Notes: a model not told the origin generated them from the letters alone. Positions 49,853 to 62,625 are shown, numbered from the stretch's first letter. The stretch is 64,000 nt of DNA from an uncultured cyanobacterium (GCA_963719515.1 CAVRCJ010000011.1:435035-499034), one strand, 5' to 3'. A program made the numbers and translations.

Positions 49853-51010
49853 TTATATTTTGTCTATCACCTCTTTTATTTGATGCGTCCTTTGCTTTCC
49901 TGAGTAGTTTGAATCAGCTTTAATACGGCCTTTTATCCCTATCGCTTTTATCGATGTGGTATCCGAGAGTAACTTCCCTAAATAAAACGCCATTGTTTCA
50001 TAGTCAAATTCTCTCACCAGAAAACCGGTCTCACCATGAACTACCTGTTCAGGAATTCCGTTGTGCCAGGTAGAAACCACGGGTAGCCCCAGAGCTGCGG
50101 CTTCAGCTAGTGAAACACCAAATCCTTCTTGATCTCCACTAGGTGCCGTGACGCTGTGCTGAGCATATACCCAGTGTCGATTCACGATTGATAGAGCTTC
50201 GTGGCGAGGCAATGCGCCATGAAGCGTCACGGAATTCTCAAGATCGAGTTGAGCGATACGGTGCTTGACGCGAGACATCTCTGGACCATCGCCAACCATT
50301 GAAAGCTGAGCGTCAGGAACCTGCTGTTTTACAAGGGAAAATGCTTGTACCAAAGCGACCGGGTGCTTTTTAGGTGTAAATCGCCCCAGAAATACGATAG
50401 AGGGGGGAAGCTCGCTTCGCCTCTCCCAAGACATCGGCTCTAAGCCCTCTAAATCAATACCCAGCCGTACTACTCGGATCTTATCCGCTGGAGCCCCCTC
50501 TAGAATAAGCAATCGTCGCATGTGCTCTGACGCAACGACCAGGCCTGCCGCATCTCGAAAAACATTCTGCAGTTCCTGACGGTAGGCGCTATCATTCAAT
50601 CCGCTGGTGATGTCGGCTCCGTGAAAATGAACAACAAACGGAATTTTAAGAGCTTGAAGAGCTGCTCGGGCTAGCGCCGCTGTTGTTCCATAATCGATAT
50701 AAGCAACGTCGGGTTGGTAGTGACGTAAAGCCGGATACAATTTACGGTAAGCGTGATCAAGGTAGCGCTGATAGGTACGATAGCCTCCCTGCTGTGCTCG
50801 CAGCTTATCAACACGGAGCCCGATGCGGTCGGCTAGAGAGCGTACGCCGACGAAGCCGATTTCTTCAACGGATAGGTTGGGAACATTAATAGATGCACCG
50901 TGGCTGCAAAATACGGTAACCTGCCCTGACTTTGCGAGGCCAGTGGCTAGGTCCGTAATGAAGGTTTCTGAAACTAGCCCAAAGTCGCTCGCAAGATATG
51001 CAATCTTCAT
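49853..51010 (-). CDS. GT4 glycosyltransferase (WcaL-like)
   Basis: SETFI, HFHGAD, GRFTPKK, GDQEGFGVSLAEA. Confidence 0.88.
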   Translation of the reverse strand: MKIAYLASDFGLVSETFITDLATGLAKSGQVTVFCSHGASINVPNLSVEEIGFVGVRSLADRIGLRVDKLRAQQGGYRTYQRYLDHAYRKLYPALRHYQPDVAYIDYGTTAALARAALQALKIPFVVHFHGADITSGLNDSAYRQELQNVFRDAAGLVVASEHMRRLLILEGAPADKIRVVRLGIDLEGLEPMSWERRSELPPSIVFLGRFTPKKHPVALVQAFSLVKQQVPDAQLSMVGDGPEMSRVKHRIAQLDLENSVTLHGALPRHEALSIVNRHWVYAQHSVTAPSGDQEGFGVSLAEAAALGLPVVSTWHNGIPEQVVHGETGFLVREFDYETMAFYLGKLLSDTTSIKAIGIKGRIKADSNYSGKQRTHQIKEVIDKI

Positions 51011-51033
51011 GCCGTAAAAGCTCGCTACCGTTG

Positions 51034-51879
51034 TTACAGAGAATATCCAACCGCACGCATGGTATCTCCGCAAATTTCTTCAATACGGTCTAAATTCTTC
51101 GCTCCAAAAAAGTCTTCTAAGGCGATGGCTGCGTTCCCCCTAGGCTGAAACTGGATATCTTTAACTTGGTCTATAGAATGGACAAACGGTAGACCGAGCT
51201 GAGCCACTAGCTGATGTATAGCAGTTACCTTGTCTTCGTTGAAGTGCTCATAGTAGATGGGCACCACTGATGACTGGTGCTCAGCGTGAATCTGAAACAC
51301 TTGTTGGCAGCGAAGTGCGAGGGCTTCGATGTATGTCATTTGGGAATGGCCAGTAAACCGTCCATCTAAGATGGGGCACCAGCCGGGAAACTCTCGTTGT
51401 AGCCTTGCCCAATGTTCGGGCGAGAGATCATTTAAGTGGCCTGGTAGCGCTAGCCGATTGAGGATGCTGCGAATATTTTGGCGTGGATCCCGGAGCACAA
51501 ACACCCGTTTTGCTTGAGGAAAACGAGCTGCTAGCTCATCGTAGAAGAAGACAAAGCTAGGATCTTTGACAATATCTTTAGAAAAAGAGTAGCGAGCTTT
51601 TTTAACGAGCGCGTCGAAGGGAACTTCACTACGCAGCAGTTGCTCCTCTAAACCCTGATAAAAGCAGAAGATGTCGATGGTGTAGGAAAGCCCTGTCGCT
51701 TCTCCCAGCAAAGCCGCGATCGCCGATGTTCCAGCCTTCTGGTTACCAAACACTAGGACAGGTTCTGGATTGACACGGGATGTATAACGCCGCCAGGTCT
51801 CCCGGAGGCGATACTGGACATTGTTTACACTGCGAGCGGGGCTCTCCAGAAAATGCTTGATAGAGGCTGGGGAAGACAT
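51034..51879 (-). CDS. Sulfotransferase-fold protein
   Basis: GNQKAGTSA and LRDPRQNIRS. Confidence 0.75.
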   Translation of the reverse strand: MSSPASIKHFLESPARSVNNVQYRLRETWRRYTSRVNPEPVLVFGNQKAGTSAIAALLGEATGLSYTIDIFCFYQGLEEQLLRSEVPFDALVKKARYSFSKDIVKDPSFVFFYDELAARFPQAKRVFVLRDPRQNIRSILNRLALPGHLNDLSPEHWARLQREFPGWCPILDGRFTGHSQMTYIEALALRCQQVFQIHAEHQSSVVPIYYEHFNEDKVTAIHQLVAQLGLPFVHSIDQVKDIQFQPRGNAAIALEDFFGAKNLDRIEEICGDTMRAVGYSL

Positions 51880-51884
51880 GATAA

Positions 51885-52907
51885 TTAGTGAGAGCGACCT
51901 ATTTTGGACTTGAGCGATCGCAGAATACGAATATTGCGCTGGGCCTGCGCAAAGCGCCGGAAGTGAAGGAAGTAGCTTTGTAGGCGGCCCATGGCGTGAA
52001 GGTAGCTGATTCGGTTGGGGTGCATGGGCGTATTTGCGCGGCCTAGCGATCGTTTAAGCCAGTAGCGCAGCGCTCGGTTGAAGAAATGCCAGCTATAGCT
52101 CAGCACGGCCCAGTAAGGGTTGTATAACGGCATACGCCAATATTCATTGCGGTAAATACCAAGAATGGCTTTGCTTTTACCACCGTTCTGGATAAGCCGT
52201 TCAACATAGGGAACTTCTAATCGGCTTAACGGAATATCGTGGACGAATGATATCTGGTGTGTATAGTAGGCATCCCACCCTAGCAAGGTGAGCGACAGGC
52301 ATAGTTCGTGATCTTCGCCACCATAGGTCTGTTTTCCGGTTCGCCCGGTCAAGCAAGTAGAATAATCAGTGTTCTTAAGATCGTCAAAGGCTTTTAAGCG
52401 CAACGATAAACCCGCTGTCCAAAATGAAACGGGGCGATCTTCCACAATACCTTCGGTAGAAAATCGAGTACCCACGGCCAGCCAGCCCTTAAAGCCTTCA
52501 AAGAAATCAGGTGGTGGTGCCGAGAGGTTAGCAGTAGACGGACAGCTGATCATCCCAACAGTAGGATGTGCCTCAAATATGCGGTACACCTCCTCAACCC
52601 AGTTTCTAGAAATCCAATTGTCGTCATCAATGTAACTGAGGTAAGCGTATCGCGCCTCCCTTAGCGCTTTCTTCCTAGCATGGATAGCGCCCGGCGTCTT
52701 TTCATGAATTATCCTCAGCTGGTGGGTGCCCTTCGGCCAAAACTCCTTAACAAAATTGGCAGTGCTATCAGTGCTTGCATTATTTACAACCAATAGTTCC
52801 CAAGGAATATCTATAGCCTCGTTTTTAAGGATCGCCTCTAGTGTCTTCTCTAAGCGATTTGCACCATTATAAGTGCAAATCGCTAGCGTCAATCCTCTTT
52901 CACGCAT
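51885..52907 (-). CDS. GT2 glycosyltransferase
   Basis: AICTYNG, VNNASTD, YIDDDN, GGEDHEL. Confidence 0.9.
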   Translation of the reverse strand: MRERGLTLAICTYNGANRLEKTLEAILKNEAIDIPWELLVVNNASTDSTANFVKEFWPKGTHQLRIIHEKTPGAIHARKKALREARYAYLSYIDDDNWISRNWVEEVYRIFEAHPTVGMISCPSTANLSAPPPDFFEGFKGWLAVGTRFSTEGIVEDRPVSFWTAGLSLRLKAFDDLKNTDYSTCLTGRTGKQTYGGEDHELCLSLTLLGWDAYYTHQISFVHDIPLSRLEVPYVERLIQNGGKSKAILGIYRNEYWRMPLYNPYWAVLSYSWHFFNRALRYWLKRSLGRANTPMHPNRISYLHAMGRLQSYFLHFRRFAQAQRNIRILRSLKSKIGRSH

Positions 52908-53059
52908 TCTTATTTCTCTCTTTTATGAAAATCTGTAGATATCTATTACATGTCAAAACAGCTCTTCAACCAAGATCCTAAAATACTAATGAAGAAGCGA
53001 GTACAGCGTGCTCCGCACTCCATCCGCACGCTATTGGAAATCACTATATATCTCATCTA

Positions 53060-54877
53060 CTATGCTACAACCACGCCACTCTGCAATTTCCAATAGCGTG
53101 CATACCGACCGCTTTCCTTTAGCAGCTCTCTGTGATTACCGCACTCCAAAAGCTGCCCCCGCTCCAGTACCAATATCTGGTCCGCATCCACAATCGTTGA
53201 AAGCCGGTGGGCAATCACAATTACCGTCCGATCTTTTTGAAACTGCTCTAGCGCCTGCTGAATTAGCTTTTCCGACTCACTATCTAAAGCGCTCGTCGCC
53301 TCATCCAAAATTAAAATCTCCGGCTGCTTCACCAGCGCCCTCGCCAAAGCTAGCCGCTGTCGCTGTCCGCCAGAGAGCCGATAGCCCCGCTCCCCCACCA
53401 CCGTCTCATACCCATTCGGAAGCGCCAAAATAAACTCATGCGCTTGCGCCGCCTGCGCCGCCTCAACTACTTCCTCCAGCGCTGCCGCAGGCCGACCATA
53501 GCGCAAGTTCTCCAAAATGCTGTCATTAAAGATGAACGTATCCTGGCTTACCACCCCAATCTGCTGTCGCCATTCTTCCAGCTGATACTCGCCCAACGGT
53601 CTGCCGTTTATCAACACCTGCCCAGCCGTCGGCTGATACAGCCCCATCAGCACATCCACAATTGACGACTTCCCCGCCCCAGACTCGCCCACAAGGGCCA
53701 CTGTCTGGTTTCGTGGAATCGTGAAAGTCAGATCTTTCAGTGCATAGGTCTCGTCGTTGCCATACGACAATGTCACAGACTTAAACTCGATGTCTCCCTT
53801 CAAACCTGGGAAAGTCTTATCGCCCGACTGCTCAAACGCCTTATCCCGCCGGTCCAAAATAGTCTCCAACCTCAGCATGCGGGCGCTGTTATCAACAAAG
53901 ATTGTAATTGCGCCGACCGCCCCCCTCAGCCGTGCCGAAAGCCGCTGCAGCACGAGCAAAAAGGTTAGTAGCACCGGCAAAATATTGCCCTGCGACTCTT
54001 GAAACAGCACCGCCGTCACCGCCAAAACCCCAATCGCCACCATCGGCACAACATCTAAAATGGGCTCCGGTAGGTAGAAGATAAACGCCCGCTTTTGCAA
54101 TTGCTCCTGGGTTTTACCCAAAAGGCTTCTGGCGTTTTCTACCGACCGCCGCTGCATGCCAAACATATGCAGCAGCCGCAGCGCCTGAATACTCTCTGTG
54201 AGATACTTTGCCGACTCCACTTGGGTTTCCGTGACGCGCCGCACCACCCGCCGCAGCCGGGGAATGAGCCGGTACTGCACAAAGGCAACGGCAAGCGTCA
54301 GCACCGCAGCAGCGATCGCTAATATGGCCGACAGACGAACAATCACCGCCAAATACATTAGCGAGAACGTCAGATTGACGGCGATCTTGTTGACCTCCGT
54401 TATCTGCCGGTCCACGGCTAGCGCCGCGTCATTGGCAAACAGCACTAAATCTCCCACCTTATAGCGGCTGACGCAGCCATAGCTAAAGGTCATCACCCGC
54501 TCAAATACCTTGCCCGTCACATAGGGCTGCGCCTTTGCCGATAGATAAGCAGCAGACACCTTGTTGACGTAGCTGCTGAGGCTCAAGAAAAGCTGTAGCA
54601 GCACAGCCCCACCAATCAGCAGCAGAAACATTTGCTCTGGTGGTAGCGGTACAACCGACGACAAAAACCGCATCGCCGCCGTTTGCTGACTTTGGTCAGC
54701 ATCAGGTTCAGAAAGGTAGGCCACTGCCAGGTAAATGATGCCAAGCGTGCTGCCTTCTAGCACCGCACTTAGCACGTTAGTCACTAGGTTAACGGCAATC
54801 AGCCACCAGTTTTGCTGCGCCGTCTCGATCACCAGCTGATATGCCGGTGACTGCAAATTTCGGAAAAGTTTTCTCAC
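53060..54877 (-). CDS. ABC exporter (HepA/MsbA-like) at the head of the polysaccharide cluster
   Basis: TM domain, GESGAGKS, LSGGQRQ, DEATSALD. Confidence 0.9.
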   Translation of the reverse strand: MRKLFRNLQSPAYQLVIETAQQNWWLIAVNLVTNVLSAVLEGSTLGIIYLAVAYLSEPDADQSQQTAAMRFLSSVVPLPPEQMFLLLIGGAVLLQLFLSLSSYVNKVSAAYLSAKAQPYVTGKVFERVMTFSYGCVSRYKVGDLVLFANDAALAVDRQITEVNKIAVNLTFSLMYLAVIVRLSAILAIAAAVLTLAVAFVQYRLIPRLRRVVRRVTETQVESAKYLTESIQALRLLHMFGMQRRSVENARSLLGKTQEQLQKRAFIFYLPEPILDVVPMVAIGVLAVTAVLFQESQGNILPVLLTFLLVLQRLSARLRGAVGAITIFVDNSARMLRLETILDRRDKAFEQSGDKTFPGLKGDIEFKSVTLSYGNDETYALKDLTFTIPRNQTVALVGESGAGKSSIVDVLMGLYQPTAGQVLINGRPLGEYQLEEWRQQIGVVSQDTFIFNDSILENLRYGRPAAALEEVVEAAQAAQAHEFILALPNGYETVVGERGYRLSGGQRQRLALARALVKQPEILILDEATSALDSESEKLIQQALEQFQKDRTVIVIAHRLSTIVDADQILVLERGQLLECGNHRELLKESGRYARYWKLQSGVVVA

Positions 54878-54959
54878 CGTTTAAAGCTCATCTCCAAGTC
54901 AACGATCGCTGTACGGTCGCTATCTCACAACTAAGGCTCACAAAACCCCCTTACCCCGG

Positions 54960-55340
54960 TTGCATAACCGGCCCGCATACTGTAATCTGGCATGCCATAG
55001 CCCTTAATACAGCTATACGCCTATGTAGCAGCCCATCAGTCCATCAAGCCAACTACGCCTCCTAACTGTGCCGGAAACACAGCTAGAAGGCTGAGCCCCA
55101 GCGCTGAACAGAGCAGCACGGAGACCTATTCTGGATTTTATCCTGTAAGGCCATCCTGCTTTGTCCTGCCCGGCCTCCCGGTGCAGCAGCGGGGTGGCTT
55201 GATTGTTTGGCTCCTTCATCGGCAGCGCCGTTCGATCGACAAATCATCGTATCGGCGCGGCATTGACACGGTAGGGACATGGCATGCCATGTCCCTACAA
55301 AACCTATCGAACACAACCAAACAAACACAGGAATTCACCC
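54960..55340 (+). promoter_or_regulatory. Sigma70-type promoter (TTGCAT-N17-TAATCT) followed by a ~345-nt structured leader
   Basis: -35 at 54960-54965, -10 at 54983-54988; stem GGCCATCC/GGGGTGGCTT; TTGTTTGG/CCAAACAA pairing next to the RBS; REP-like insertion at 55271-55298. Confidence 0.55.
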
Positions 55341-55707
55341 ATGACCACACCCAATAAGCCCAACCAACCCAACGAACCCCGTACGGGCAACCGGCCGGTT
55401 GCCCCAACCAATCGCCCCAACCCCTTCCCTCAGCCCGAAGACCCCAACAACGACACCCTGCAAATCATCGCCATCGGTCCTCGCACCGTCGTCGACCACT
55501 ACATGATTCGCCAGCACCAGCTCAACTACGCAGAGCCCAAAGAATGGAGCTGCGTCCTCCCCGCTCCCGACGGCATCAACGCCATGCGCATTCTCACCAA
55601 GCGCTTTCCCAAGCGCCGTAACGATTAACCTCTTCTAGCGCAACCTCATCCAAAACGGGCTGAGGCGATCGCATACCTCGTACGGGCAAGCGGCCGCTTG
55701 CCCCAGC
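55271..55707. repeat. Three REP-like palindromes (55271-55298, 55381-55408, 55680-55707)
   Basis: GTAGGGACATGGCATGCCATGTCCCTAC; GTACGGGCAA.CGGCCG.TTGCCCC twice, one inside the ORF. Confidence 0.65.
55341..55628 (+). CDS. Small protein family copy 3 (divergent)
   Basis: LQIIAIGPRTVVDHYMIRQHQLNYAEPKEWS matches the (R/Q)(H/I)I.IG....V...I...H...Y.E...W pattern. Confidence 0.65.
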   Translation: MTTPNKPNQPNEPRTGNRPVAPTNRPNPFPQPEDPNNDTLQIIAIGPRTVVDHYMIRQHQLNYAEPKEWSCVLPAPDGINAMRILTKRFPKRRND

Positions 55708-55772
55708 CAACCTAAAAAGCCCCTCTTCCGAAGAAGAAGGGCTTCGATCGCAGCAATAGAGCCGAACTTACG

Positions 55773-56186
55773 CTACATCGCCTCGCTCATTTCCACCGAT
55801 GGCGGCGCACTGTTGGCTTCGGCCTCAGACGACGGCTCCACAGCCTCTCGCCGCGATCGCCGCTTCCGCTCGCTCTTGCGCACCCCGCCCGCCATCTCAT
55901 ACTCCGAGCTATCCTTGCCGTAGTGAAACGCCACCCCCAGCAGCATCTGCTCCGACTGATCTAGCAGCAGCCTCTCAGCCCCCAGCATATTGTTGTAGGC
56001 CGCATCCACCGTAGACAGCAGCGTATTGTAGCTGGTCAGCTTTTGTCGCACATCATCAATCATTTGGTAGAACCCCTCTAGCGTCAGCCCATTGCCCAAA
56101 TCCAGGTTTGAGTCAATAGACATCAAGGCCGCCGCCCGCCGCTCCGCTCGCTCTAACGCCTTAGAGCTACGCTTTCGTCGTGCCAT
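55773..56186 (-). CDS. Conserved helical hypothetical protein
   Basis: MARRKRSS..LERAERR...IDSNLDLGNGLTL...YGKDSSEYEMAGGVRKSER; RBS GAGG. Confidence 0.8.
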   Translation of the reverse strand: MARRKRSSKALERAERRAAALMSIDSNLDLGNGLTLEGFYQMIDDVRQKLTSYNTLLSTVDAAYNNMLGAERLLLDQSEQMLLGVAFHYGKDSSEYEMAGGVRKSERKRRSRREAVEPSSEAEANSAPPSVEMSEAM

Positions 56187-56559
56187 AGTCGTAACCTCGC
56201 TATGTATGGGTCACTTTTAGGATAGGCACTCATCCAGTGCTATCACCCCCGTAGCAGCCACCATATTGTTCGCTTAGCTACATAGAATATCTAGTGATTA
56301 CACGTAACTTATTAGGGTACACAATTGGGCCAGTGAGCCGTTGAGTGGCAAGCCTCCTCATCCCATAAATCTTGGCAAAGTCCGCTTTAGCGGACGGTTT
56401 TTAATAGGCCGCGATTTATCTACGGGCGCTGTTCGCCCCTCTATTCACCAGCAGCAGCATCCATCTATCACCAACAGCAGCATCCATCTACGGGCGATCG
56501 CGAGGGTATCTAAAGCACCCAGGGAAACTAAAGAGGGGGAATAAGGGCGATCGCCTCAA

Positions 56560-56860
56560 CTAATGCCTTTCAAGCAGCTCTTAAAGGAAAATCTACAGTT
56601 ACTCAAGCAAGAGCCTAAACTATAAAAGCATTAATTTATACTGCTTAAGCAAAACCTATAACCGAACCAGCCACAGTCATAAACATCACAGCCAAACCAG
56701 CTTCCCGCTAACCGTCAGTCGCAACCGCTCAAGTCAAACGCTGTCCCGCTCAAGCACTAGCCAAATTCATCCGGGTCAACCCTCAATGCTCTCAGCCGCT
56801 GGGCCAATTTCTCTGCCCGCAGGGCTTCCCAATTCGTCCGCTGCGATTCCCGCTCTGTAA
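56560..56860. repeat. Degenerate ~21-bp periodic tract (CTCAAGC/CTTAAGC)
   Basis: Recurrent (C/T)T(C/T)AAGC units; CTTAAGCAAAACC shared with 10860-11060. Confidence 0.45.
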
Positions 56861-57257
56861 GCTGTAGCGGCGTCGGCCACTGTCGCACTGTTTCATTAGC
56901 AGTCTCGGTTTAAACGCAAGAATTCTATATACGGCCTTCTTAAAAAGAAGGCTACGTTTAGAGGAGCTGAGATCACGCCTGCCAACAGGGGACCGTCAAA
57001 GCTCAACTCTACTGAGAAAATCTACGGAAGGGGTAGTGTCTGATGTCTCCAATATCTTCCGCCCTAGCCCACCCCTATCAGGACAAAGCGCCGAGAGGTA
57101 TTTGAGACGCGACGCCAGTCCGACACAAGTCTAGCCTCACCGTCTCAAGAATCTCAGAGTTCAGTATTCTGCTTCATGGAATTCAGAGATCTTACGGAAT
57201 GATTCTTCACGCACAGCTGCCCATACTAAGCGGGGTACTACAGATATAAGGGCATCG

Positions 57258-60200
57258 ATGCAGCACCGACGACCAACTGACGTTCTCGTAGTGGACAACA
57301 GCGAAGCAGAGGTTAACCAGGTTCGCTACGCTCTCAGCGCCGCGCAGCATAGCTTTCGGCTTCGCGCAGCCACATCCCTCGAAGACGCCGGTGTCCAGGT
57401 TGCTCAGCATCCCCCTGACGCTATCTTGCTCAACTTCAACCTTGGCGGCAGCGCAGGCATCACCACCCTAAGGCAGCTCCTCAACGACAGCGCCATTACT
57501 CCCATCGTGGTGCTAATGGACAGCGAGGAAGAGGACACCGCAGCCCAGGTAGTTCAGGCTGGCGCGCAGGACCACCTCGTCAAGGGGCAGTTCAACACCC
57601 AATCTTTAACTAAAACTATTCAGTACGCCATCGAGAGAGCCGTCACCGCTCAGCGGCTGCAGGCGCGGGAGCGGCAGCTGACGAGCGTTATCGCCCAGCT
57701 AGAAGAGGAAATTGAGCGCCGCACCCAAACGGAGAAAGCCCTAGAAACCATAGTTCGCCAGCGGATGGATGCGCTGAAGGTACAGGCAGCTCACTGCCAG
57801 CAGACCGAGGAAGATCTCAAGCACGCCGAGCAGGATCTGCAGCATCAGGCCGCTAACCTAGAAATCATCTTTAAAGCGCTGCCCGATGCCATCGTCTTTG
57901 CCGACGACAGCCGCCGTATCCGCCGGGTCAGCGCTGCAATCGCCACCCTATTTGGCTATACCCCAGAGGAGCTGCTGGGGAAGCCAACCCAGATGCTGTA
58001 TCACGACGCTAAAGAGGCCCAGGCCCAAGGCAAAAAACGCTTCAATGCCTCAGCGCAGCAGACCTTTGAGCCTTATGACATGGTCTACCGGCGCAAAGAC
58101 GGGTCTACCTTTACTGGGGAAACCATCGGCACGGTGGTGAGACATAGCACCGGACAGCCCCTAGGCTTCGTCGGCATTATCCGCGACGTGACCCAACAGC
58201 GGCAGCTCCGCCAAGAGCGCGATAAAGCCCAGGCCGAACTTGCCCGCCGCGAGCTGCAGCTGCAGCAGTTCGTCAAGCATATGCCCGCCGCCGTAGCCAT
58301 GTTCGATGCCCAGATGCGCTACTTGTTCTACAGCGATCGCTGGCTCACCGACTACGGCATCCCGGTCACCGACATCACCGGGCAAAGCCACTACGAGGTC
58401 TTCCCCGACATCAGCGATCGCTGGAAAGCCGACCATCACCACTGCTTGGGCGGCAGTATCCTGCAAAACGACGAGGATCGTTTTGTGCGTCAGGACGGCA
58501 CCACAGACTGGCTGAAGTGGGAGCTGCGCCCTTGGCATGAGCCCTCGGGGGAGGTAGGCGGACTGCTGATGCTCACTGAGGTGATTACCGAGCAAAAGAA
58601 GGCCCAGCTCAGGCTAGAGGAAAGCCTGCAGGAGAGCAAAGCTCGCTTTAGAACCTTCATGGACCATAGCTTTGCCGTCACCTTTATGAAGGATGCTGCA
58701 GGACGCTACCTCTATACCAATTGGCAGTTCGACCAGTTTGCAGGCCTGAATCAGGCGGATATTTTGGGAAGAACCGACACAGATTGGCTTCCCCCCGCCG
58801 TGGCGCAGCGTCTAGGTCAGCACGACGCTACAGTCCTAGCGACGGGCAGAGCCAGTCAGTCTTTAGAAGAAATTTGCGATCGCAGCGGCAGCCCCAGCTA
58901 CTGGATGATGTGCAAGTTTCCCTGCCCCACCGACGACGGGCAGACCGCCCTAGGCGGCATCGCCATCGACATTACGGCGCAGAAGCTAATTGAGCAAAAG
59001 CTCACCTGGCAAGCCTCCCACGATGAGCTAACCGGGCTTAAAAACCGCCGCTATTTTGAGCTAGAGCTAGAGGCCGTTCTCAAGCAGCCCTACCGGGAGC
59101 ATACCCTCTGCTTCCTGGACCTTGACCAGTTCAAAATCGTCAACGACACCTGCGGCCACGCGGCAGGGGACGAGCTGCTCAAGCAAATTAGCGCCATTGT
59201 GAGCCATAACGTCCGCGCGACAGACGTTGTCGCCCGACTGGGAGGAGACGAATTCGGCATTTTGCTCAGCCACTGCACCTCAGAGAACGCCCGCGTCATC
59301 ATGGACGTCATTCGCCAGACGGTCCAAGATTTCCGCTTTGTGTGTCAAGGTAAAACCTTTGGCGTCGGCGTTAGCATTGGCATGGTAGAGCTGACGAGCC
59401 ACACCAATACCCTGGCGGACGCCCTTGGGGCAGCCGACATGGCCTGCTACGCCGCTAAAGAGCGGGGACGCAATCGCCTCTATGTCTACCGGGCAGACGA
59501 TCAACAGCTTTCCGAACAGCGGAGTCAGCAGCAGTGGATTAGCCGCATTCGGCAGGCGCTCGACACAGATCAGTTTCAGCTCTACCAGCAGCCCATCGCC
59601 CCGGCGTCTCTTCAAGGGGAAACGATGCACCACTGTGAAATCCTGCTGCGGCTCAAGGATGACTCAGGAAAGCTTATTCCCCCTATGGCATTTATCCCAG
59701 CGGCAGAGCGATACGGCCTGATGCCCGCCATAGACCGCTGGGTGATTCAGACGTTTTTTGCCCAGATAAGGTTAGCAGCCCGCTTTCGGCCCATCTGGCG
59801 TGATATAGGCTTCTATGCCATCAATCTCTCTGGGGCCAGCATCAACGACGAGCAGTTTTTGCCCTTTTTAAAGCAGCAGGTAATGCAGAGCGCTATCTCG
59901 CCGAAGGCGCTTTGCTTTGAGATTACGGAAACGGTGGCGGTCTCAAACCTCAACGCGGCCCGCATTTTTATTCAGGAGCTCAAGGCACTGGGCTGCTCGT
60001 TTGCGCTGGACGACTTTGGCAGCGGCATGTCGTCGTTTGGCTATTTGCGTCACCTTGCCGTTGACTACATCAAGATTGACGGGTCGTTTGTGCGTAACCT
60101 ACTGCAGGACGATATCAGCACCTCGATTGTGGAGGCGATTACGAAAATTGCCCACTCCATGGGATTGGAGGCGATCGCGGAGCGGGTCGAGGATGCGGAA

Positions 60201-60341
60201 ACTCAGCGAAAGCTACAGGCCTTGGGCGTAGACTACGTGCAGGGTTACGGAATCGGTAGGCCTACGCCCCTGCGCCTCCCTCAAGCGAGCAGCTGTCCGA
60301 TAACCTCCCTCAGCCAAAGCCTGGTGACTCAGGCGTCCTAG
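57258..60341 (+). CDS. REC-PAS(x3)-GGDEF-EAL c-di-GMP signalling protein
   Basis: Receiver-like N-terminus, three PAS/PAC domains, RLGGDEF, EILLR, LDDFGSG. Confidence 0.92.
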   Translation: MQHRRPTDVLVVDNSEAEVNQVRYALSAAQHSFRLRAATSLEDAGVQVAQHPPDAILLNFNLGGSAGITTLRQLLNDSAITPIVVLMDSEEEDTAAQVVQAGAQDHLVKGQFNTQSLTKTIQYAIERAVTAQRLQARERQLTSVIAQLEEEIERRTQTEKALETIVRQRMDALKVQAAHCQQTEEDLKHAEQDLQHQAANLEIIFKALPDAIVFADDSRRIRRVSAAIATLFGYTPEELLGKPTQMLYHDAKEAQAQGKKRFNASAQQTFEPYDMVYRRKDGSTFTGETIGTVVRHSTGQPLGFVGIIRDVTQQRQLRQERDKAQAELARRELQLQQFVKHMPAAVAMFDAQMRYLFYSDRWLTDYGIPVTDITGQSHYEVFPDISDRWKADHHHCLGGSILQNDEDRFVRQDGTTDWLKWELRPWHEPSGEVGGLLMLTEVITEQKKAQLRLEESLQESKARFRTFMDHSFAVTFMKDAAGRYLYTNWQFDQFAGLNQADILGRTDTDWLPPAVAQRLGQHDATVLATGRASQSLEEICDRSGSPSYWMMCKFPCPTDDGQTALGGIAIDITAQKLIEQKLTWQASHDELTGLKNRRYFELELEAVLKQPYREHTLCFLDLDQFKIVNDTCGHAAGDELLKQISAIVSHNVRATDVVARLGGDEFGILLSHCTSENARVIMDVIRQTVQDFRFVCQGKTFGVGVSIGMVELTSHTNTLADALGAADMACYAAKERGRNRLYVYRADDQQLSEQRSQQQWISRIRQALDTDQFQLYQQPIAPASLQGETMHHCEILLRLKDDSGKLIPPMAFIPAAERYGLMPAIDRWVIQTFFAQIRLAARFRPIWRDIGFYAINLSGASINDEQFLPFLKQQVMQSAISPKALCFEITETVAVSNLNAARIFIQELKALGCSFALDDFGSGMSSFGYLRHLAVDYIKIDGSFVRNLLQDDISTSIVEAITKIAHSMGLEAIAERVEDAETQRKLQALGVDYVQGYGIGRPTPLRLPQASSCPITSLSQSLVTQAS

Positions 60342-60481
60342 CTCGCTAAGCGAAAAGAAGCAATATACGGCTTAGTTTCGGGCTTAGCGCCGCCGCTTTG
60401 CTGCCGATACGTCTTCAGGACTACGTGCAGAATCAAAAAAATTCGCCATCATAGTAGCTGTAGCGGTACTCGGCAATCCCC

Positions 60482-62533
<2,052 letters not shown>

Positions 62534-62625
62534 GCTCCTATAAGATTCAAAGCGCTTTCGGCGGCGATATCAATGCTATCATCCCCATAGCGCTGGTCTC
62601 CTCGGTGAGCGACAAAAATCAGTCT

